Source: Octopus sinensis (Eukaryota). From it: 29,672 nt of DNA. How positions within the stretch are numbered: position 1 is the first letter of the stretch; every line of letters begins with the position of its first letter. Of the stretch, positions 23,393-29,672 are shown one piece after another. The stretch spans positions 1 to 29,672 of the forward strand of contig NW_021832932.1 of assembly GCF_006345805.1 (NCBI RefSeq). The letters are read 5' to 3'. The notes under the pieces were generated by a model. The model saw only the letters and a program-made list of their open reading frames with translations. It did not search any database and had not been told where the DNA came from. The position numbers and the translations under genes were made by a program.

Positions 23393-23451
23393 ATTCAACC
23401 GATGACGGTAAAGCTTATTTAAAGCAAAACCAGAAATCCTGGATCTTGAAT
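23393..23451 (+). ncRNA. Type-I hammerhead ribozyme-like motif (variant core), Penelope/retrozyme style
   Basis: Stem I ATTCAA/TTGAAT (6 bp). Core CCGATGA (U4>C). Stem II GGT/ACC plus GCTT/AAGC. GAAA. Stem III ATCC-T-GGAT. Predicted cleavage triplet AUC ending at 23445. Folded by eye. Confidence 0.6.
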
Positions 23452-23694
23452 TATTCAATAATTTTTGCTTGTATATTTTGTCCCTCTGTCTTATCTCATG
23501 GTGCGATACGAACACTTTAACGTGGTTTTTATAGTCAGAGTTTCGACTGCTATTTCAGCATGTTGGTGTCTCTTAGACACCCTCATTTTTAATTGTTAGA
23601 AATTATTACCTTTGTAAGGTATTTTTCCCATGCTGGCCACTTGATAATATGGATACTTAAATATCGATATTATCCTCATATATAATATATATAT

Positions 23695-23731
<37 letters not shown>

Positions 23732-23934
23732 CAATATCATCATCGTTTAACGTCCGTTTTCCGTGCTACCACGGGTTATATATGTATAGTACATACATAC
23801 ATATATATATTGAATATATACCAAATAATTGTCGTCACATATTACGTTTACAGATATATATATACACACACACATATATATATATATATATACACATACA
23901 AAAAACATACATTAATGCATACTACATACGTATG

Positions 23935-24190
23935 TGACGGTGGCACGTAAAATGCATCATTCAAGCATGCTTGATGCCAGCACTGCCTCAGTGGCCCTGA
24001 TGCCTGTGGCACATAAAAAGCACCGACTTCACTCTCAGAGTGGTTGGCATTAGGAATGGTATCCAACTGCAGAAACTTTGCCAGATGAGATTGGGGCCTG
24101 GTGCACCCTTCTGGTATGCCAGCCCTCAGTCAAACTGTCCAATTCATGCCAGCATGGAAGCAGACGTTAAAGACGACGACGATGATGATG
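23935..24190 (+). mobile_element. Family D retroposon with (GAC)n(GAT)n tail
   Basis: GGCACGTAAAA.., GGTTGGCATTAGGAATGGTATCCAACTGCAGAAAC, CCAGCATGGAAGCAGACGTTAAAGACGACGACGATGATG. Confidence 0.8.
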
Positions 24191-24221
24191 ATACATATAT
24201 GTCTATATGTATGTATGTATT

Positions 24222-24425
24222 TGTAGCCCTCTTAGACATGCCAGTGGCCCCTCAGACAGCCATAGTTACCAGCTATGCTGACGATACAAAATTATCAGAG
24301 GCAATAAAATAATCAAAGATGACATCGCAAGATTACAGCTGGGGCAAACGACTGAGAAAAGCGGCAAGACCATGGTGGTGCTCCAGCATGACCACAGCTA
24401 CATGTGTAAAGAAATGTGTAAAAGA
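24222..24425 (+). mobile_element. CR1-like LINE remnant: RT YADD segment joined to the LINE/SINE 3' tail
   Basis: ALLDMPVAPQTAIVTSYADDTKLSEAIK, followed within ~70 bp by GGTGGTGCTCCAGCATGACCACAGCT. Confidence 0.7.
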
Positions 24426-24464
24426 ATTATATGTCTGTGCGTGTGTGTATTATGAAACCGTATT

Positions 24465-24712
24465 AAAACTTTCCTGAGTCATTGACTCACACAGCACAAA
24501 TTATCGACTCATAAGGCCGGTTTCCCTTATTCTGTCATGTATATATTTCCCCCAATGAAGAGGAAGGTGGGCCATCGTTGGATTCCTTGTTTTTACTAGC
24601 CGAATAAATTGGGGGAAGTGGAATGAAGAGTGTTGCTCAAGAAAACAATCTATCACCCAATCCAGGAATTGAAACCTTAATCTTAGTATCATGAGTGCAA
24701 CACACTAAAAAT
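24465..24712 (-). mobile_element. SINE family C, near full length
   Basis: Reverse complement gives TTAGTGTGTTGCACTCATGATACTAAG..GGTTTCAATTCCTGG (tRNA-like head), body and tail. Confidence 0.8.
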
Positions 24713-24903
24713 GTGCATCCACACACTCACACAGACACACATACACAAACACACATGTACAGGGGTATAAATATACACAAGTATACACCCTTATATATAC
24801 ATATATAATTATACATATATATATACAAATAAATACATACACACACAGTTACAGTAAATATATATATGCATATACATACATATATATATATACACACACA
24901 CAC

Positions 24904-24949
<46 letters not shown>

Positions 24950-25404
24950 GCACAGTAATACTTTTCAAGTTAAAATTTTCCCACGTTATTTGTTGATACT
25001 CCAACAAAAGCTTTCTAAGAAAGTGTTTTATGAGAATGCTTATCCAAGTGTAATTAACAACAATTAATAATTTTGACTTCGCATTCGTCATACCTATTTG
25101 AGTTTTGGCATTTCTAAACATAGACACTCATACACCCATTTATATACACTCACACAGATGCCTGCACATGCACACACATATCAATAAATATATATATATA
25201 TATATATATATCATCATCATAATCATCATCATTTAGCTTCCGCTTTCCATGCTGGCATGGGTTGGACGGTTACGCATACATATACACACATACACATACA
25301 CATATGCATACATGCACACACACTCACATACATTCATTGATTCTATGCCTTTGGCTGATCAGAAAATTGTGATCCTTTTGTTCGAAGAAAATTGAAGAAA
25401 ACCC

Positions 25405-25460
<56 letters not shown>

Positions 25461-25490
25461 CATATATATATACACACATATATATATATT

Positions 25491-25524
<34 letters not shown>

Positions 25525-25530
25525 CATATA

Positions 25531-25565
<35 letters not shown>

Positions 25566-25629
25566 GTATATGGATATATATATACATACATGTATATATA
25601 TACATACATATATATATATATATATATAA

Positions 25630-25668
<39 letters not shown>

Positions 25669-25677
25669 CATATATAT

Positions 25678-25868
25678 ATCTTTTATTATTAACTTGTTTT
25701 AATCATTTGTCTGTGGCCATGCTGGAGCACCGCGTTTAGTAAGACTAGTGCTTATTCTATCGGTCTCTTTTGCCAAACCGCTAGGTTACGGCGATGTAAA
25801 CACACCAGATTCGGTTGTCAAACGATGTTGGTGGTGACACAGACACACAAATATACACACACACACAT

Positions 25869-25956
<88 letters not shown>

Positions 25957-26120
25957 TATGACGGGTTTCTTTCAGTTTCCTTCTACAAAATTGACTCACA
26001 AGCTTTTTGTCGGCCCGGGGCTATAGTAGAGGACACTTGCCCAAGGTGCCACGCAGTGGGACTGAACCCGGAACCATGTGGTTGGTAAGTACGCTACTTA
26101 CCACACAGCCACTCTTGTGC
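25678..26120 (-). mobile_element. SINE family B
   Basis: GGCCATGCTGGAGCACCGC..GACACTTGCCCAAGGTGCCACGCAGTGGGACTGAACCCGGAACCATGTGG..CTTACCACACAGCCAC. Confidence 0.88.
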
Positions 26121-26124
26121 CTAT

Positions 26125-26335
26125 AAAGTGAAAAGACACACGAAATACCATTAAACATTTTGGCCGGCATGCAAACGATTCTGCCAGCTCCGAGGTCGAC
26201 TTTGTTCATTCATGCATTCGGGGTCGATAAATTAAGTACCAGTATCGCACTGGGGTCGATGTAATCGACTTAATCCCTTTGTCTGTCCTTGTTTGTCCCC
26301 TCTATGTTTAGCCCCTAGTGGGCAATAAAGAAATG
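26125..26335 (+). mobile_element. SINE family A with an inverted 5' head
   Basis: 26125-26190 is the reverse complement of the head (GAGCTGGCAGAATCG..GGTATTTCG). The forward body resumes at 26191 (CGAGGTCGACTTTG). Confidence 0.85.
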
Positions 26336-26350
26336 TATATATATATACAT

Positions 26351-26382
<32 letters not shown>

Positions 26383-26447
26383 GTATATATATATACAAGA
26401 TAAGAAAACGGAGAAATACGTGTGTGTGTGTGTGTATGTATGTATAT

Positions 26448-26645
26448 CAGTAGTTCCCAATGCTTCTGCACTTGCGACCCCTTACCCAAAAGTTTGAAGC
26501 CCATGTGACCCACGACTATCAACAGCTTGATTTACATTTTAATTAATTAACACTATCCCAAGCCACTTCCAGCAAGGCTACGTGACCCTGATTCCAAGGT
26601 TTGACGACCCCTCTGCGGTCGGCAAAGACGGGTTGGGAACCCCTG
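26448..26645. mobile_element. hAT (Charlie-like) MITE, 198 bp
   Basis: TIRs CAGTAGTTCCCAA and reverse-complement CAGGGGTTCCCAA. The 8-bp flanks ATGTATAT / ATATATAT match 7/8. Confidence 0.8.
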
Positions 26646-26684
26646 ATATATATATATAATATATATATATATTATTATATATAT

Positions 26685-26748
<64 letters not shown>

Positions 26749-26763
26749 ATTATTGTATATATG

Positions 26764-26798
<35 letters not shown>

Positions 26799-26818
26799 GT
26801 ATGTATATATATATATAC

Positions 26819-26838
26819 AGAGAGAGAGAGAGAGAGAC

Positions 26839-26881
<43 letters not shown>

Positions 26882-26883
26882 TG

Positions 26884-26939
<56 letters not shown>

Positions 26940-26940
26940 T
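26819..26940. repeat. (GA)n then (GATA)n microsatellites
   Basis: Direct reading. Confidence 0.97.
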
Positions 26941-27260
26941 ATTACCTTTGAAACACGCATTGAGTCGAACCAGGGGCAGCTGATGAAGTGGAATTTTCCT
27001 TGTATTGTTTGTCCTGTACTCTGTTTTTTCGTTGTTAAAAAAAGTCTGTTTCCTTATTTGATTTTATGTTTTCGTTTCTCGTTGTGTTCTATGTTTATTT
27101 GTGGTGTCCTGTACTCATATATATCTATATATGCTTGTATATATACATGTAGATGTAAGTACGTACATATATGTACGTATATATGCATATATTTTAATTA
27201 TTTATTCTATTGTTATTATATGACCGAACGCACGCGTCGTTTCTCTTCTCCAAGTAAGTT

Positions 27261-27318
<58 letters not shown>

Positions 27319-27557
27319 ACACACGCATGCACACATACATATACATGCATGCAGATATGTATACAAAAAACCCCCAAAATACTGATAAAGTGTTTGTGAA
27401 ACCGTTGTGCAATTATGCAAGAGAAACCAGTTGCTCCTTCCATCCTCTTCGTTAATTGGAATATAACTCTTCCGATATTTACGTTTGTTCAAAGATATCA
27501 TCATCGAAGCAATCCCTTTTCGCTGTGTAACAACCCTTTCCACTGTTTGCCCAAAGC

Positions 27558-27660
27558 TTGAAATTTTGGTGGAGGGAATTGATTGATTACACTGATCCCC
27601 AGTGTTTCACTGGTACTTTATTTATCGATCCCCAAAGGATGAAAGGCAAAATTGACCTTT
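27558..27660 (-). mobile_element. SINE family A fragment
   Basis: ACTGGTACTTTATTTATCGATCCCCAAAGGATGAAAGGCAAAATTGACC. Confidence 0.75.
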
Positions 27661-27829
27661 TTTTTCACTTTTTAAACTTTATGGGTTTCTACTTGGATAG
27701 AATTACTGTAGCGTTAATAAGTTCACATAAAGAAATCTATGATTTAAACGGATTATTAAGATATATCCGAGCGAATCTCTGTCAACTTCTCACTTGGAAT
27801 CTTTCAGTGTCCGAGTTGCAATTAGTGCC

Positions 27830-27864
<35 letters not shown>

Positions 27865-28007
27865 TCTCTCACTCACTCACTCTCTCTCTCACTTTCTCTC
27901 CCTCTCTCTCATTTTCGCTCAGTTTAGAGATGTTCCCCTTTACCTCATATATTTATTCAGTTATCCGATTGAGCAAAACAGAACAATAATAATGATTTCT
28001 AGGATAG

Positions 28008-28200
28008 GTACAAGGCCTGAAATTTTGGTTTAGGGGTCTAGTTGGTATCATCGATCCCAATACTTGACTGGTTATTATTTTGTCGAACCAGAAAGGAGGA
28101 AAGGCAAAGTTGACCTCGGCGGGATTTGAACTCAGAACGTAGAGATTCACTACATGTTGCTATGCAGTTTACATGGCGTGCTAATGATTCTGCTAACTCC
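28008..28200 (-). mobile_element. SINE family A
   Basis: TACAAGGCC..GAAAGGCAAAGTTGACCTCGGCGGGATTTGAACTCAGAACGTA..GATTCTGCTAACTC. Confidence 0.82.
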
Positions 28201-28204
28201 CTGA

Positions 28205-28680
28205 CGATGTCCTCCTTTTCCTAGAGAATCAAATCCCATTTGCTCGCCACAAATCCTCTGTCAAAATCCAATATAGAACTTCCAACAGCTACATTATCCC
28301 ACCGGTAGAGGATCGCCAGGGCTCGACGATATTCCAGCTGTTTCGGCCTCCGATTGAGAGAAACTGGGTGGAAACAGCGACCACACATGTTGACCGTCAA
28401 GGAATCGATGGAGAGAAGTTGCAGCCTCAGTGCATACCTGCGTGTAATCAGCTACAGCATGTCCAGTCGTTCGTTGAGCAGGTGTTGACAGCAAATGCAG
28501 CGCTTGGCCAGTGGAATGCATCCGTCGCACAGAGAGCGGAATGGCAAGCGCTCCAGGTCGGTTAGACTTGAAATGAGGCGAGGCACAACGGTCAGGCAGT
28601 AATATATGATGGAGCTAATGTAAGTGTTCGCCAAATCCGCCTGACCACTGAAGGATTATTTTTTTTTCTCAGCCTTTTTA
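28205..28680 (-). mobile_element. L1/Tx1-clade LINE ORF2 post-RT fragment, degenerate
   Basis: Minus strand reads K*SFSGQADLANTYISSIIYYCLTVVP..LERLPFRSLCDGCIPLAKRCICCQHLL..LDML, then ..RFLDGQHVWS. This resembles the Tx1 pattern RKLSLxGRAxxAN..LFxFLWxGxxPxVRR..GGLGMP. Confidence 0.7.
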
Positions 28681-28869
28681 CTAGACTTCAACGCACTTGG
28701 CTACTGTTTCTAGCGCGGGCAGGTAGGAACCGATGGAGGGTACACGCGTCCTTGTTTCCCGGCCCTCAACATTTAGGATAGGAATAAACAAAAGAAGCTC
28801 CGGAATAACATATTTGTTAAGAAATGGAAAGACAGTTTGTTTCATATGAGAAACAATGCAATTCTGTGG

Positions 28870-29300
28870 GTATTTAGTTGTTGTTTCTAGCATGATGTGA
28901 GTCTACTTATAGGATAATATTTTATAATTATTCTAAAAGTGTCCTTCATATTATACACATAACACTACACGGAAATTGAAAGGTTCTTGTTTGTTATGTC
29001 TACCATGATGTGAGACCCCACCTGTAGTACAATATTCTTACAGATGCTTCGTCCTCAAGTGTCCTTCAATTTTTATACACATCACATCACAGATTTAAGG
29101 CCATGTGGTTGCTATTTCTCGCAATATGTGGGACCATATATTTTAGAAATGGTTAAGTGTCCTATTTTCATACGAGAAATCGAAACCAATTTGAAGGCTC
29201 TTGCTTAATGTAGTCTAGCATGAAGAATGACCATATATGGCACAAATTCTTAAGGTGTCCTTCCAATTTGTATAAAAATAAACGCAAATTTTAGGGTAGT
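28870..29300. repeat. Degenerate tandem array, about four units of ~98-120 bp
   Basis: A(A/G)GTGTCCT at 28937, 29057, 29155 and 29253. CATGATGTGAG at 28891 and 29004. TGAA(A)GG(T/C)TCTTG at 28977 and 29192. Confidence 0.75.
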
Positions 29301-29672
29301 TGACTGTTATTCCTAACGTGACGCAAAATCACATGTCGTGAATTTCTTTCCGTAAATCTTTCTTAAATTCTTGTTCAATACCCACAGTATTTAATTATAT
29401 GAATTATGAACTACAAAATTAATTAATTTTCTTTCGAATCCAAATTTATAACTGTTTGAAGGGAGGTAATTCTATACCTTTCGAAGATAGTTGTAGCCTC
29501 CCTTGGAACTACGAGATTTTTGACTGGGCGGTAGGGGCTGCTTTGTGTGTGTGTGTGTGTGTAACATTCGTGGTGGGAGGGAAGAAGAGAGGGAAAAGAA
29601 AAATATGTCAGAGAGGGATAGCGAGAGGGGAGGGACATAAAATGAAAGAAAAATGTTTAGTAAAAGAGAGAG

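Larger units (their letters stand above)
22946..23594. repeat. Large inverted repeat / fold-back: ~307-bp arms, 34-nt spacer, 3 differences
   Basis: 22946-23252 is the reverse complement of 23287-23594 (2 substitutions, 1 indel). ORFs 23028-23309(-)/23230-23520(+) and 23024-23341(+)/23252-23515(-) mirror each other. Confidence 0.98.

Noticed and set aside
23024-23520. Mirror-image ORFs of 87-105 aa in the palindrome
   Set aside because: They arise from arm symmetry, have low-complexity composition and show no domain signature.
25330-25410. Minus-strand TATGAGGGGTTTTC resembling a mariner TIR
   Set aside because: Only ~10 nt match, with no partner TIR and no coding remnant, so it is too weak to call.
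27380-27560. Minus-strand open frame VERVVTQRKGIASMMISLNKRKYRKSY..
   Set aside because: No recognisable homology or convincing splice sites, and it runs into microsatellite.
28197-28565. 122-codon stop-free frame on + (includes listed ORF 28368-28565)
   Set aside because: It is antisense to the Tx1/L1-like ORF2 remnant, has no ATG and shows no recognisable domain.

Overview
This is AT-rich, repeat-dominated eukaryotic non-coding DNA. The SINE families and the huge (TA)n/(CA)n/(TAC)n microsatellites strongly suggest an Octopus-like cephalopod; that is pattern recognition, not a database result. I found no supportable host-gene exon, rRNA, functional tRNA or CRISPR array, and almost all listed ORFs are microsatellite read-throughs. 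The recognisable coding remnants are all transposon-derived: an internally deleted Chapaev3-like transposase, a mariner, two RTE fragments, three or four CR1-clade LINE pieces (one with a near-intact RT domain), a Tigger/pogo DDE_1 transposase, a piggyBac deletion derivative and a Tx1/L1-like fragment. There are also a Helitron 3' end, hAT and piggyBac MITEs, and more than 15 tRNA-derived SINE copies. The most unusual signal is two near-perfect fold-back palindromes embedded in (TA)n microsatellite, with 111-bp arms at 21961-22204 and ~307-bp arms at 22946-23594. Each arm of the larger one carries a type-I hammerhead-ribozyme-like fold of the Penelope/retrozyme kind, in opposite orientations. 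Decayed hammerhead-like remnants occur in other microsatellite-embedded inserts. Other points of interest are an old local duplication whose copies differ by a piggyBac MITE, a 5'-inverted SINE, a nested transposon stack and an unexplained degenerate ~110-bp tandem array.
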